Notes: a model not told the origin generated them from the letters alone. DNA of 63,678 bases, filler included, from Acidimicrobiia bacterium (GCA_041619515.1; 3 parts of 3 records of this genome joined end to end with filler, not necessarily neighbours in it); one strand, 5' to 3'; numbered from the whole stretch's first letter, positions 1 through 14,512 are shown. Made by a program: numbers and translations.

Positions 1-2519
1 CGCCGTCGACGCGTCGGAGCGCTCTTCCTTGGGGTGGCGGAGCGCGGTCACCACCGCCGACTCGGGCGAGTAGGAATCGTGCTGACGGACGAACGTGGCG
101 AGGGCTCGGCCGGGACCGACTTCGAGAAAGCTCCAGTTGCCTCGTTCGAGGAGCTGCGAGACGTTGTCGGCGAACCGGATCGGGCTGCGGATCTGGCGGG
201 CCCAGAACCCCGGGTCGGTGGCCTGCTCCGGAGTCATCCACGTCCCGGTGACGTTCGAGAGGATCGGAAGGCTCGGCGCGGCCGGGGCGGCGGCTGCGAC
301 CTCACCGGCAAAGGTGTCGAGGATCGGCTCCATCATCTGTGAGTGGAACGCGTGGGAGGTGTGGAGCAGCTGGCTGTCGATGCCGCGCTCGGTCAGCGAC
401 CGCTGAAACGCCTCGACCGCGTCCTGTTCACCCGACACCACGGTGAGCCGCGAGCTGTTGGCCGCTGCCAGCTCGACGCTGCCGTCGAGGAGCGGCTCGA
501 CCACGGTCGGCGATGCCTGGACTGCCGCCATGGAACCGGATGGCAGGCTCTGCATGAGCCGGCCGCGCCGGGCTACGAGGCGTAGTGCGTCCTCGAACGT
601 GAAGATCCCGGCCAGGGCGGCTGCCACGTACTCGCCGATGCTGTGTCCCACCACCGCCGCCGGACGAATACCCCAGGAAACGAACAGCTGGGCGAGTGAC
701 CACTCAACGGCAAACAGCGCCGGTTGGGTGTAGGCGGTTTGCCGGAGGAGCTCGGCGGCAGCTTCTTCGCCTCCAGGCTGCGGGAAGAGCAACTGGCGGA
801 TATCCGTGTCGATGAGCGGCTCGAGCACGGCGGCGCACCGATCGAGCTCTTCCCTGAAGCGCGACTCGGACTCGTAGAGCCCCCGCGTCATGCCCGGATA
901 TTGGGCTCCTTGCCCCGAGAACATGAAGACGACGTCGGTGCGGCCGGTGACGGGTTGGTCGCCCTGCGAGGCAAGCCGGAGCGCCTCGCCTGCCGGGCGT
1001 TCACCTCCGGCGACCGCCGCCAGCCGGTGCTCGTAGTCGTGCCGTCCGACCTGCAGGGTATAGGCGACGTCCGCCAGGCTCAGGTCGGGGTGCCGATCGA
1101 GGTGGGTGGCCAGGTTGTCGGCCATCTCGGAGAGGGCTTGCGGTGTGCGGGCCGAAAGGGTCAGCAGCTGAAGTCCGGGGGCGGCATCCCCCGCAATGGG
1201 CGCCGGGGCCTCCTCGAGCACGGCGTGGGCGTTGGTCCCGCCGATCCCGAACGAGCTCACCCCGGCCCGGCGGGGCCCCGCCGACTCCCACTGCTTCAGC
1301 TCCGTGTTGACGAAGAATGGGCTGTTTTCGAAGTCGATGTTCGGATTGGGGCGCTCGTAGTTGAGACTGGGCGGTAGCTCCTTGTGCTCCAGCGCCAGCA
1401 CCGTCTTGATGAGCCCGGTGATCCCTGCGGCTGCGTCGGTGTGACCGACGTTGGTCTTGACCGAGCCGATCGCGCAGTACCCGGACCGGTCCGAGGTGGC
1501 CGCGAAGGCTCTCGTGAGCGCGGCGATCTCGACGGGGTCGCCCAGGGCGGTCCCGGTTCCGTGGGTCTCGACGTAGCTGATGTCGTCTCCGCCGACCCCC
1601 GCCAGGGCGTGGGCGAGGGCGATGACGCGAGCCTGTCCATCTTCGCTTGGGGCGGTGTAGCTGATCTTCCCCGACCCGTCGTTGTTGACGGCGGTGGCTT
1701 TGATGACGGCGTGGATCGTGTCGCCGTCGGCGATGGCCTCCGACAGGCGCTTGAGGACCACCACTCCGCATCCCTGGCCCAGAGTGGTTCCCGCCGCATC
1801 GGCATCGAACGCTCGACAGTGCCCATCGGGTGACAGGATCATGCCCTCCTGGTAGAAGTAGCCCACTCCCTGCCTGAGGTTGACCGACACCCCTCCCGCC
1901 AGGGCCATGGTGCACTCATGGCTCAGCAAGCTCTGGCAGGCAAGATGAACGGCAACCAGCGAGGTCGAACAGGCGGTTTGAACGTTGAACGCCGGCCCGG
2001 TGAGGTTGAGCCGATGGGATATGCGGGTGGCGAGGAAGTCCTTGTCCGTCCCGATGAGGCGGTCGAAGGCGCCGGCCGGGTCGGTGGGGTCGGCAACCCC
2101 GAGCAGGGTCGCGTAATCGTTCGGATTGGAGCCGGCGAACACGCCGATCGGCTCGTCGTAGGAGAACGGCTCGTATCCGGCGTGCTCGAGGGCGGCATAG
2201 CTCGTTTCCAGGAGAATCCGCGCCTGGGGGTCGATGACCTCGGCCTGGCGCGGCGTGTATCCGAACAGGCCGGCGTCGAACCGATCCATGTCGGGCAGGT
2301 CCGTGCCCATCCTCACGAAGTTGGGGTGCCGGTAGATGTGCTCGGGAATCTGGATCTCGGCCAGCTCGTCCTCCGAGAAGCTGCGGATGGACTCCCGGCC
2401 CGAACGAAGGTTCTCCCAGAACCGCTCGAGATCGGGTGCCTCGGGGAACCGTCCCGCCAGGCCGATCACTGCGATCTGCTCGAACTCCTCGATCGGCTCG
2501 ACCGGATCAAACCGGGCGG

Positions 2520-2523
<4 letters not shown>
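1..2523 (-). CDS. Type I polyketide synthase module (KS-AT...), 3' end runs out of the window
   Basis: Absent from the ORF track because there is no stop in the window. Manual translation from GTG at 2523 (overlapping the NRPS stop) gives IAVIGLAGRFP, the KS triad VQTACSTS / ETHGTGT / KTNVGH, and AT motifs GHSIGEY and SHAFHS (malonyl type). Confidence 0.93.
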
Positions 2524-5768
<3,245 letters not shown>

Positions 5769-5885
5769 TCCACGCGCGGAGGGCGAGGTACCCGATCATC
5801 GTAATTGCATAACCGTCCTGGGTGGTCGGGAAGGGGGACGGGCACGGCTCTCTTCGGCGTGGCGCTGGGCGGCTACCCTCCTCCC

Positions 5886-6341
5886 ATGGGCGTCTATCAG
5901 GCCTTTGCCCGCTGGGCCGGCGACAAGACCTGGTTTCGGCCGGTCGCCACCGGGCTCGTGCCGAAGCTGGACGCGGCATTGCTGCAATCCGGTGGCCGCT
6001 ATATCAGCCCCTTTCCGACCCTCTTGCTGACCACCGTCGGTCACCGCTCGGGCCGCCCCCACCGCGCCCCCCTCTACTACCTGCAGGACGACGGATATGT
6101 GGTGATCGCCTCGAACTACGGTCGCCGGGAGCCGGATTGGTCTCGCAATCTCGCAGTCGACCCGTTCTGTACCATCACGGTGCGGCGCATGTCCCTGGCA
6201 GCCAGGGCGCTGCTGGTTCCCGACGACCTGCGGCCCGGCTACATCGAGCGGTTCGCCGGCTTCTACCCCTCGTATCGAGACTACGTGGCCCGGGCGGGCC
6301 GGGAAATCCCGGTGTGGAACCTGACCCCGATCACGGCGTGA
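5886..6341 (+). CDS. Deazaflavin (F420)-dependent nitroreductase family (Ddn-like)
   Basis: LLLTTVGHRSGRPHRAPL, VVIASNYG, PDWSRNL, Y..Y..R...REIPV. Start set at ATG 5886 with TACCCT 6 nt upstream. Confidence 0.88.
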   Translation: MGVYQAFARWAGDKTWFRPVATGLVPKLDAALLQSGGRYISPFPTLLLTTVGHRSGRPHRAPLYYLQDDGYVVIASNYGRREPDWSRNLAVDPFCTITVRRMSLAARALLVPDDLRPGYIERFAGFYPSYRDYVARAGREIPVWNLTPITA

Positions 6342-6342
6342 G

Positions 6343-6729
6343 TCAGACCGCCTCAGCCGATTCGGACTCGCTGCGGACCGGGCGCACCGGCACCGGCGCC
6401 CGTTCCATCTCTACGCGAAACTGACGCCGGGCCCGGATCCCGGTCACGAAGAGCACTGCGGCGGCCACGAACCCGGCGGTGGCTGCCAGTACCAGCCACA
6501 CGGTGGTCGTGGTCGAATAGTCCGCTGCCGACAGGCCGAACAAGGCGACGGTGCCGATCACGAGTGAAACGGCGGCCGCCACGAGGTGAATCCGCGGTGG
6601 CGGTGGCGGCGTGTACGGAACGACGAGCAGCGCTCGTTGTTCTCGGTCCAGCATCGATGTCCCCTCGTGATCCGTCTTCTCCCGCAGACTGCCAAGGCGG
6701 CTGAGCTGCGCCAAGCCAATCGGTTTCAT
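6343..6729 (-). CDS. Hypothetical two-TM membrane protein
   Basis: 128-aa ORF with two hydrophobic segments; fills the gap between convergent genes. Confidence 0.6.
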   Translation of the reverse strand: MKPIGLAQLSRLGSLREKTDHEGTSMLDREQRALLVVPYTPPPPPRIHLVAAAVSLVIGTVALFGLSAADYSTTTTVWLVLAATAGFVAAAVLFVTGIRARRQFRVEMERAPVPVRPVRSESESAEAV

Positions 6730-6806
6730 TTCTTTCGCGACCCGAACGGGCTCCTGCAGGATGGGCTGCGGAGCAGCCGCTCGAGCCCATGCCCTACCAT
6801 CGCGTC

Positions 6807-7802
6807 ATGAAAGTGACGGTCGTCGGAGCGGGAAGCTGGGGTACCACGGTCGCCGCCGTCGCCAGCCACTCCGCCGAGGTCCTCCTCTGGGCGCGCCGCC
6901 CCGAGCTTGCCCGGTCCATCAATGCCAACGGCCAGAACGACGACTACCTCCCCGGGTTGCCGCTTCCCCGCAACCTGTCGGCGACCTCCGAGCTGACGGA
7001 GGCGCTCGCCGGGGCCGACGTTGTCGTCATGGGAGTCCCCTCGCACGGCTTCCGGGACATCCTCGAGCTGGCGGCGCCCGCCATCAGCCCCCGGGTGCCC
7101 ATCATCAGTCTCACGAAGGGCCTGGAGGCCGGTTCCAACATGCGCATGACGCAGGTCATCGCCGATGTGCTCCCCGAACACGCCCCCGATGGGATCGGCG
7201 TGCTCACCGGCCCCAACCTGGCGCGCGAGGTGCTGGAAGGCCAGCCGGCCGCGTCCGTCGTCAGCGTCCCGGATGCCGGGATCGCGGCCGAGCTGCAGTC
7301 GGTGTTCATGACCCCTTCACTCCGGGTGTACTCGAACACCGACGTGGTCGGATGTGAGATGGCCGGCTCGCTCAAGAACGTGATGGCGCTTGCCGCCGGC
7401 ATGGCCCATGGGATGGGGTACGGGGACAATTCGATGGCAACGCTGATCACGAGAGCACTGGCCGAGCTGAGCCGGCTGGGGCAGGCGATGGGGGGAGTCC
7501 CCGCCACTTTCGCCGGGCTGGCGGGTATGGGCGACCTGATCGCCACCTGCATCAGCCCGCTGTCGCGCAACCACCGGGTGGGCGTGGCTCTGGGGCGCGG
7601 CCAGAAGCTCGAGGACATCATTGCCGAGATGAACATGGTGGCCGAAGGCGTCAAGACGACTCCGGTGGTGGTGGACCTGGCGGCTCAGCACCACGTCGAC
7701 ATGCCGATCGCCACCCAGGTTCTCCTCGTGCTGGAGGGCCAGCCCGTCGGCCAGATGCTGACCGAACTGATGGGGAGGCCACCCAAGGCGGAAACCGCCT
7801 GA
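6807..7802 (+). CDS. gpsA: NAD(P)H-dependent glycerol-3-phosphate dehydrogenase
   Basis: GAGSWGT, SLTKGLE, GPNLA, LKNV, GLAGMGDLIATC...SRN, AEGVKT. Confidence 0.96.
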   Translation: MKVTVVGAGSWGTTVAAVASHSAEVLLWARRPELARSINANGQNDDYLPGLPLPRNLSATSELTEALAGADVVVMGVPSHGFRDILELAAPAISPRVPIISLTKGLEAGSNMRMTQVIADVLPEHAPDGIGVLTGPNLAREVLEGQPAASVVSVPDAGIAAELQSVFMTPSLRVYSNTDVVGCEMAGSLKNVMALAAGMAHGMGYGDNSMATLITRALAELSRLGQAMGGVPATFAGLAGMGDLIATCISPLSRNHRVGVALGRGQKLEDIIAEMNMVAEGVKTTPVVVDLAAQHHVDMPIATQVLLVLEGQPVGQMLTELMGRPPKAETA

Positions 7803-7817
7803 ACGAGGGGCGTCGCC

Positions 7818-9053
7818 CTACACGATCTCCGGCTCTGGAAGAGGGATGACGAACTTGCCGCCCCGACGGCGGTACTCGGCCAGCTGCTCGAGGACCTCAT
7901 CGCGATAGTTCCACGCCAGCAGGAAGACGTAGTCGGGGGCGTCCTCGAGCAGGCGCTCGGGTGGGTGGATCTGGAGATGGCTGCCCGACGTGTAGCGCCC
8001 GTGCTTGACCGGGTTGATGTCGACGGCGTATTCCACCAGGCTGGCGTCCAGGTCCAGATAGCTGAGCATGGTGGTGGCCATGCCGCCTGCCGCTCCATAG
8101 GCCACGATCCGCTCGCCCTCTCCCCGCAAATCCTCCAGGATGCTGCGCAGGCGGGTACGGATGTCATCGGCCTGGGCGGCAAAATCGCGGTAGTAGTCCA
8201 TGGCGTCCATGCCCTTGTCATGCTCTTGCGCCAGCAGGTCCCGCACCGAACTGTCGACCGCGTCGGCGCGTTCGATGAACACCCGCAGCGAACCGCCCAG
8301 CATCGGCCAACGCTCGACCCGATTCGCATGCAGGCCGTATCTCCGGAACAGGCGGTCGACCGCCGTGAGAGAGAAGTAGGAGAGGTTCTGGTGAAACACC
8401 GTGTCGAACTCGCACCGGTCGATGAGATCTCCCACGTACGGGAACTCCAGAACCGCCACCCCGTCGGGTTTCATTAGCGTGTCGACGCCTTCGGCGAATC
8501 CGTCCAGGTCGGGCACCAGGTTCAGCACGTTGTTGGCGAGGAGCACATCGGCCCGCCGCCCCTCTTTGGCGAGGCGCTGCGCCAGCTCCAGGTCGAAGAA
8601 CTCCACCAGGGTGGGCACACCCGCCTCGATGGCGGCCCGGGCGGGGCCTCCGGCCGGGTCGACCCCGAGCACCTGTATGCCCGAGTCGGCGAACACCTTG
8701 AGCATGTACCCGTCGTTGCTGGCGGCTTCGATGACCAGGTGCTCGGGCCCGAGGTTGCGGTCCTCGATGAGCTGCTTGGCGCTGGTGGTGAAGTGGTCGA
8801 GCAAGCCTTGCAGCACCGATGAGTAGTAGGGATAGTCCTCGCCGTATACGACCTCGGGGGGCACCGTCTCGAGCAGCTGGACGAGGGTGCAGTTGGGGCA
8901 GACCGCCAGCCGCAGCGGGAAGGTCGGCTCGTCCCGGTGGAGCTCGTCCTCGCCGAGCAGCACCTCGGCGAGTGGGATGCGTCCGTAGTCCAGGATGAGC
9001 TCCATCCCCGCTCGAGCACAGGCGCGGCATCGGATCGATTCAGTGGCCGTCAA
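7818..9053 (-). CDS. NDP-hexose C-methyltransferase family (Zn-binding N-terminus)
   Basis: CRAC...[46 protein letters not shown]. Confidence 0.9.
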   Translation of the reverse strand: MTATESIRCRACARAGMELILDYGRIPLAEVLLGEDELHRDEPTFPLRLAVCPNCTLVQLLETVPPEVVYGEDYPYYSSVLQGLLDHFTTSAKQLIEDRNLGPEHLVIEAASNDGYMLKVFADSGIQVLGVDPAGGPARAAIEAGVPTLVEFFDLELAQRLAKEGRRADVLLANNVLNLVPDLDGFAEGVDTLMKPDGVAVLEFPYVGDLIDRCEFDTVFHQNLSYFSLTAVDRLFRRYGLHANRVERWPMLGGSLRVFIERADAVDSSVRDLLAQEHDKGMDAMDYYRDFAAQADDIRTRLRSILEDLRGEGERIVAYGAAGGMATTMLSYLDLDASLVEYAVDINPVKHGRYTSGSHLQIHPPERLLEDAPDYVFLLAWNYRDEVLEQLAEYRRRGGKFVIPLPEPEIV

Positions 9054-9709
9054 CGCACCACGCCCTTTCGCGAGTAGAAGGCTTCGGCGTACCGGGTGGG
9101 GGACGCCGATTCGATGCCTCGCAACCTGGCGAGAGCCAAGAAGGCATCCCTGGTGAACCAGTGCTTGTCCCGCTGGCTGGCGAAGGCATCGTGGGTGATC
9201 TGAAACTTGGTCTCACAGTGGGTTTCGGACAGGTGCACGAAGAAGTTGGGCCGGCCCAGGTCCCCGTCGTACTTGGGGATCTCGTATTCGAGGACGAAGT
9301 GGTCGCGGAAGGTGTTCCACGTCAGCTCCCCCACCAGACGATGATCCTGGTGCAGGTCGTCGCGGTAGTGGGTGAAGATGAGATCGGGCTCCAACGCCTT
9401 GAGCTGTTCGAAGCGTTGCTTGATTGCTGCCCCCTCGTACGGGAAGAAGCCGTCGGTGTGCTCGCCGATCTCGACTGCGTGGTCCTCCGCACCGGCGAGG
9501 AACTTCCCGGCGCTGGCACGCGCCTCATCGGCGCGGATCTGTGAGGCCGAGAACACCACCCACTGCACCGACACCTGGCCCGGCTGCTCCAGCAGCTTGA
9601 GGATGGTGCCACCGCAGCCGATCTCGATGTCGTCGCTGTGGGCGCCGAGGCAGAGGACTCGAAGCGGCCGCCCCGGCGGACGGGGGATGTTGAGTCCGAG
9701 GTTTGCCAC
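9050..9709 (-). CDS. PIG-L/LmbE family deacetylase
   Basis: [13 protein letters not shown] and DLHQDH metal-binding motifs. Confidence 0.92.
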   Translation of the reverse strand: MANLGLNIPRPPGRPLRVLCLGAHSDDIEIGCGGTILKLLEQPGQVSVQWVVFSASQIRADEARASAGKFLAGAEDHAVEIGEHTDGFFPYEGAAIKQRFEQLKALEPDLIFTHYRDDLHQDHRLVGELTWNTFRDHFVLEYEIPKYDGDLGRPNFFVHLSETHCETKFQITHDAFASQRDKHWFTRDAFLALARLRGIESASPTRYAEAFYSRKGVVR

Positions 9710-9712
9710 CGT

Positions 9713-10525
9713 TCAGCTCGCCGCCGGGTTGCGGGCGGACGAGTCCTTGTGCTCGACGTTCCACACCTGCCACGGGGCGTCGCCGGCGGCGTCCATCTCC
9801 TCCAGCTCCTGTTTGTCTTTCAGAGTGTCCATGCCCTTCCAGAACCCCGAATAGCGGTGTCCGTAGATCTGTCGTTCCGCAATCAGGCGCTCGAACGGCT
9901 CCTCCACCAGCTCCTCGCCCTCGCCGATGTAGTCGAAGATCTCCTGGCGGAAGACGAAGTAGCCGCCATTGATCCACAGGCCGGCCCGGGTGATGTGTTC
10001 GACGCCGGTTATCGAGTCGTCCTGATCGTCCACCGACACGATGTGGAAGCTGTGGGTCGGCTGGGTGCAGAGTGCGCCGGCGATCTTGCCGGTGGCGCGG
10101 AACCGGTCGATGTAGTCGTTGAGGTCGGCATCGGTCAGCCCGTCGGCATAGTTTGCCAGAAACATGTCCTCGCCTTCGAGGTGCGGCTGCACCGCCTTGA
10201 GCCGTTGGCCGATATTGGCGTGGATGCCCGTGTCGACGAAAGTGATGCGCCAATCTTCGATGTCACTGCTGAGCAGGTCGACGGACTTGCCTCCGTGGGA
10301 GAGCACGAAATCGTTCGACATGGTCTCGTCGTAGTTGAGGAAGTAGCTCTTGATGGCGTCGGCCTTGTAACCCAGGCAGAGGATGAAGTCTCGATGGCCG
10401 AAATGGGCGTAATACCGCATCACATGCCACAGAACCGGCCGGTAGCCGATGGTGACGAGGGGTTTCGATTCGGAATGGTCACGAATCCGCAGCCCCTGGC
10501 CACCACAGAACAGGACGACTTTCAT
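9713..10525 (-). CDS. rfbF: Glucose-1-phosphate cytidylyltransferase-like nucleotidyltransferase
   Basis: LFCGGQGLR, KPLV.IG, FILCLGYK, VDTG, NYADG, WINGGYF, FWKGMDTLKD. Confidence 0.88.
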   Translation of the reverse strand: MKVVLFCGGQGLRIRDHSESKPLVTIGYRPVLWHVMRYYAHFGHRDFILCLGYKADAIKSYFLNYDETMSNDFVLSHGGKSVDLLSSDIEDWRITFVDTGIHANIGQRLKAVQPHLEGEDMFLANYADGLTDADLNDYIDRFRATGKIAGALCTQPTHSFHIVSVDDQDDSITGVEHITRAGLWINGGYFVFRQEIFDYIGEGEELVEEPFERLIAERQIYGHRYSGFWKGMDTLKDKQELEEMDAAGDAPWQVWNVEHKDSSARNPAAS

Positions 10526-10608
10526 GACATGCTCCGTGGGTCTCGAACCTGTACCGGCCGCGGCGGTGAGGCGGCCTCACACGTCATCCTAAACCCATCC
10601 CTCCCATC

Positions 10609-11886
10609 TCACGACACCATCAGTTCCGGGATCGGCACCACGAATCGGCCGCCCCACTCGCGAATGTAGGAACACTGGTCGATGATCTCGTCCTTGAGAT
10701 TCCACGGGAGGATGAGGAGATAGTCGGGCCGGGTCTGCTCGATGCGATCGGGTGGGAAGATGGGGATGTGGGTTCCGGGCAGGAACCGCCCGTGCTTGTA
10801 GGGGTTGCGATCCACGGTGTAGTCCAGGAAGTCGGTGCGGATGCCGCAGTAGTTGAGGAGGGTGTTTCCCTTGCCGGGGGCGCCGTATCCGGCAATGCTC
10901 TTGCCGTCCGCCTTGGCGTCGATCAGGAACTCGAGCAGTCGGTTCTTCGTGGCCTGCACTTGTGGTTCGAATGAGGCGTAGTGCTCGAGGCTGCGTATCC
11001 CGAGGGATATTTCGCGGTCGTGCATCTCGAGGGCCCGTTCACCCACCGGATGGCTTGGGTCGTCGGCATGGGCGGCGTAGATCCGGAGCGAGCCTCCGTG
11101 GGTTGGGAGCTCCTCGACGTCGAACAGCCGCAGGCCGTGGGCGGCGAAGATCTCCTCGGCGGTCGTGAACGAGAAGTACGAGAAATGTTCGTGATAGATG
11201 GTGTCGAACTGGTTTTGGTCCATCAGCTGTAGGAGGTGGGGGAACTCGATCGTCACGACCCCCGCCGGCGCAAGCATGGTGTGCAGGCCGCTCACGAAGC
11301 TGTTGAGGTCGGGAACCTGGGCAAGCACGTTGTTGCCGATGATCAGGTCGGCAGGCCCGCGCTCGGCTGCCAGCTCCCGGGCTGTTGCTGCGCCGAAGAA
11401 CAGCACCTCGGTTTCCACCCCCCGTTCCCGAGCCGCCTCAGCGACGTTGGCGGCCGGCTCGATCCCCAGGACGGGGATGCCCTTGGGCAGGAAATACTGG
11501 AGCAAGTAGCCGTCGTTGCTCGCCACCTCCACGACCCTGCTCTGCTCGCTCAATCCGAGCCGCTCGGTGATCATGTCGACATACGACTCGGCGTGCCGGA
11601 GCCAGGAGTCCGAGAACGACGAGAAGTAGGCGTACTCGGTGAAGATCTCCTGCGGGTCCACGTACTCCTCCAACTGGACCAGGAAGCAGTTGTGGCACAC
11701 GCGCACGTGCAGCGGGAAGAAGGCCTCCATCTGGTTGAGCTCTCCCGGCGCCAGGAAGCTCTCGCACAGGGGCGACATGCCGAGATCGACGAAGGTGTGC
11801 TCGAGCGGGGTTGCACAGAAGAGGCACGGCGGCCCGCCCGAGGGCGCCCGGCCCGCCTGCTGATCGTTGGGAATGATTTCGGACAT
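10609..11886 (-). CDS. NDP-hexose C-methyltransferase family
   Basis: CLFC...CHNCFLVQL, EVASNDGYLL, FDTIYHEHFSYFS, HGGSLR, YGAPGKGNTLLNY; the most canonical of the three paralogues. Confidence 0.93.
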   Translation of the reverse strand: MSEIIPNDQQAGRAPSGGPPCLFCATPLEHTFVDLGMSPLCESFLAPGELNQMEAFFPLHVRVCHNCFLVQLEEYVDPQEIFTEYAYFSSFSDSWLRHAESYVDMITERLGLSEQSRVVEVASNDGYLLQYFLPKGIPVLGIEPAANVAEAARERGVETEVLFFGAATARELAAERGPADLIIGNNVLAQVPDLNSFVSGLHTMLAPAGVVTIEFPHLLQLMDQNQFDTIYHEHFSYFSFTTAEEIFAAHGLRLFDVEELPTHGGSLRIYAAHADDPSHPVGERALEMHDREISLGIRSLEHYASFEPQVQATKNRLLEFLIDAKADGKSIAGYGAPGKGNTLLNYCGIRTDFLDYTVDRNPYKHGRFLPGTHIPIFPPDRIEQTRPDYLLILPWNLKDEIIDQCSYIREWGGRFVVPIPELMVS

Positions 11887-11896
11887 GGCGGGGTGC

Positions 11897-13105
11897 CTAG
11901 GCGACGGCCAGCTCGGCGCTCACCCCCATCTCCTCCAGTGCGGCCGCGATCTCGTCGCGGTACATCCCGTTGGTGAGGATCACGAGATCGGGCGGGTGGT
12001 CGATGAGGAATTCGGGGGCCACGATCTGCTGCCCGCCGCCGGCGAGGTAGAGGCCGTGTTTGCGGGGATTGAGGTCCACGATGTGGTCGATGGGCGGCCG
12101 GGCGTCGAGCAGGTTGCAGAAGGTGACTGCTCGAGCCCCCGCTCCCCACAGCACGGCCGAGCGGTTCGATCGGGCAATGTGATTCAATCGCTCCTGCCAC
12201 TCGCCGAGCTTCACCGGCCAGCGGTCGGTGAAGCTCGAGATCTCGGCTGCGACTCGATCGGCATCACCGGGAGGGTCGATCGCCGGGCGCCCCGGAAGGT
12301 GCGGCTTGGCTTCGATCCCGAGGAACGTGTCTCCGAAGTACGAGCGGAGCGCCAGCACGTCGAATCCACTCTCGGTGAACGCCCGGTGCAACGATCCGGG
12401 CCCGAAGTTCGAGCAATGCTCGTAGACGATGTCCCACACCGCCATCGTGCGCAGGGCGAAAGAGAAGTCGGGAACCTCGAAGAACAGGGCCGTCTCGGTG
12501 CGCCCGCCCAGCGTGCGCCGGATGGTGTCGAGGAACTCCATCGGCTTGGGGAAGTGCTCCAGCGCCTGCCGACAGCAAATGAGATCGACCGGTTCCCCCG
12601 CCTGCTCGATCCCGTATTCGTCTCGCACGAATCGCAATGCCGAGGACGGGGATGTCTCCGGAGCGCTCGGATCGAAGCCGAGCCCGCGGTTGCCGCCCTC
12701 CTCGACCAACAGCGCCAAGAAGTCTCCGTTGCCGCACCCGATCTCCACGATGTCCTTGTCGTTCAGCTCGTAGGTGGCGATGAGGTGCCCGGCCAGCTCT
12801 TTGGCGTATTCCTGGAACAAGGGCGAGAAGTGCAGCGAGTTCTCGTAGCTCCCTTCGTAGGCCATGAGCTCGGGATCGAAGGCAATGTTGGTGATGAAGC
12901 CGCAATCGTTGCAGGCGGCCAAATCGATGTCCCCTCGCGGGCAGGAGCGGGCCGCTGCCTCTGTCGGCCACTGCAGGCCGACGTGGACCGGCACGTCGCG
13001 TGCCCGGAACAGCGGTGTCAGCGACGGTGCGGAGCACACCGGGCATGGCCCGGAGGCAGCCGTCGCGGCAGGACTATCGGGGAGCGGGTCGGCGGGAGTC
13101 GGCAT
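11897..13105 (-). CDS. NDP-hexose C-methyltransferase family (divergent)
   Basis: CPVC...CNDCG, EIGCGNG, YEHCSNF, WGAGAR, VDLNPRKHG. Start placed at ATG 13105 (TACAAT upstream); start is uncertain. Confidence 0.85.
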   Translation of the reverse strand: MPTPADPLPDSPAATAASGPCPVCSAPSLTPLFRARDVPVHVGLQWPTEAAARSCPRGDIDLAACNDCGFITNIAFDPELMAYEGSYENSLHFSPLFQEYAKELAGHLIATYELNDKDIVEIGCGNGDFLALLVEEGGNRGLGFDPSAPETSPSSALRFVRDEYGIEQAGEPVDLICCRQALEHFPKPMEFLDTIRRTLGGRTETALFFEVPDFSFALRTMAVWDIVYEHCSNFGPGSLHRAFTESGFDVLALRSYFGDTFLGIEAKPHLPGRPAIDPPGDADRVAAEISSFTDRWPVKLGEWQERLNHIARSNRSAVLWGAGARAVTFCNLLDARPPIDHIVDLNPRKHGLYLAGGGQQIVAPEFLIDHPPDLVILTNGMYRDEIAAALEEMGVSAELAVA

Positions 13106-13247
13106 GCTGTCCGGCGATTGTATACGGCCGTGCCCGGATGAAGCGGATGGGTTCGCCCGCCCCTCGTTGGGCTCCGCCACCGAGAGCCGGCGGAGCGGTC
13201 CCGGCGTCGATATATGATCCTCATCTCGACAACAGGGAGTTTGCCAC

Positions 13248-13676
13248 GTGCGATTGACCAATCAGACGCAGCGCATTACCGCGCTGCGGAAGGTGCCGGT
13301 GCTGGCCGGCTTGAGCCGGGCCCGGCTCGGTGAGCTGGCCCGCCGGGCGGAGGAGGTCGAAGTGCCGGCCGGCGGCTACCTGACGCGTCAGGGTGCGCTG
13401 GGGACCGAGGTGTATGTGATCCTGGACGGCAGGTTCGTCGTGCGGCGCCACACCCGCACCGTCGCCACCCGCCAGAAGGGTGATGTGTTCGGCGAGATGT
13501 CGCTTCTCGACGGCATGCCTCGCACGGCGAATGTCGTCGCCGAGAAGGATTCCAAGGTTCTCGTCGTCCACAAGAAGGATTTCGAACAGCTCCTCGAGGT
13601 CCCGCGGGTGGCCAAGCGCGTAATGCAAAGTCTGGCGACTCGACTCCGTGAGGCCGACGACAAGATTCTCGGCTAG
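13248..13676 (+). CDS. Stand-alone cyclic nucleotide-binding domain protein
   Basis: GDVFGEMSLLDGMPRTANV phosphate-binding cassette; no HTH domain. Confidence 0.9.
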   Translation: MRLTNQTQRITALRKVPVLAGLSRARLGELARRAEEVEVPAGGYLTRQGALGTEVYVILDGRFVVRRHTRTVATRQKGDVFGEMSLLDGMPRTANVVAEKDSKVLVVHKKDFEQLLEVPRVAKRVMQSLATRLREADDKILG

Positions 13677-13710
13677 CCCCCTCCGCTTCCGGCCCCAACC
13701 CTGGTGAGGC

Positions 13711-14481
13711 CTATCCGCCGTCGAGCCCGCCGGGAGTCACCGACTGCTTGACCTCGGCCAGTGCGCTGATGAGCTCGCCGCTCGCCCACAGCAAGATGAT
13801 GAACATCACGAGCAGCACCACCACGGTGAGCACCCAGCGGATCCGGTAGCGCATCAGCTGGCGCGGGTCCTCTATATAGGTGAGCGGCAGCGTCGTAACT
13901 TCACGCTCGGGGGCCGATGCAGCCGGCCGGGGTGGGCGGCGGGCGGGAGCCGGTTTTGAGACGGCTGGCTCCGGTGCCGGTGCCGGGGCCGACGGCGCCA
14001 CGAACGCGGGCACGCTGTCGGGCGAATCGACCGCCTCGGGCTCGCTCTCTTCGATCAGCTCGACCAGCTCGCTGTCCATGGAGCCCGGGACCGGCAACTC
14101 ATCGTCGGCCGGGGCCGCCACCACATCCCGGGTCCCGCTCTCGAGCCCGGTGGCCAGCGGTGCAGTCGGAGGCCCGGGCGCCGCGCCGGCGCCGGCCGGG
14201 TCGGATTGGTCCGCGGCGATGGCGGCATCTGGCATGAGGTTGACGGCCACCTCTTCGGCCGGGCCGAGGGTGACTCCGGCCATGTTGGCCAGCCGGTCGG
14301 GAGCGACCTCGAGAAGATCGGCCAGGGCGGCAACCTGCTCGGCGGTCGGCGTCGAGTCGCCGCTCGACCAGTTCGAGACCGTGATGGGAGACACGCCCAT
14401 GCTGTTCGCCACGTCGCCGAGGGTGAGGTCGAGCTCCCGCCGCCTCGTTGTTATGAATTCTGGGAACGAGCTTTCCGCCAT
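13711..14481 (-). CDS. XRE-family HTH protein with low-complexity linker and C-terminal TM helix
   Basis: RRRELDLTLGDVANSMGVSPITVSNWSSG HTH; Pro/Ala/acidic linker; WVLTVVVLLVMFIILLW TM. Confidence 0.8.
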   Translation of the reverse strand: MAESSFPEFITTRRRELDLTLGDVANSMGVSPITVSNWSSGDSTPTAEQVAALADLLEVAPDRLANMAGVTLGPAEEVAVNLMPDAAIAADQSDPAGAGAAPGPPTAPLATGLESGTRDVVAAPADDELPVPGSMDSELVELIEESEPEAVDSPDSVPAFVAPSAPAPAPEPAVSKPAPARRPPRPAASAPEREVTTLPLTYIEDPRQLMRYRIRWVLTVVVLLVMFIILLWASGELISALAEVKQSVTPGGLDGG

Positions 14482-14512
14482 AGATACCTTGCCGTGGGCG
14501 GTCAGAATAGGC

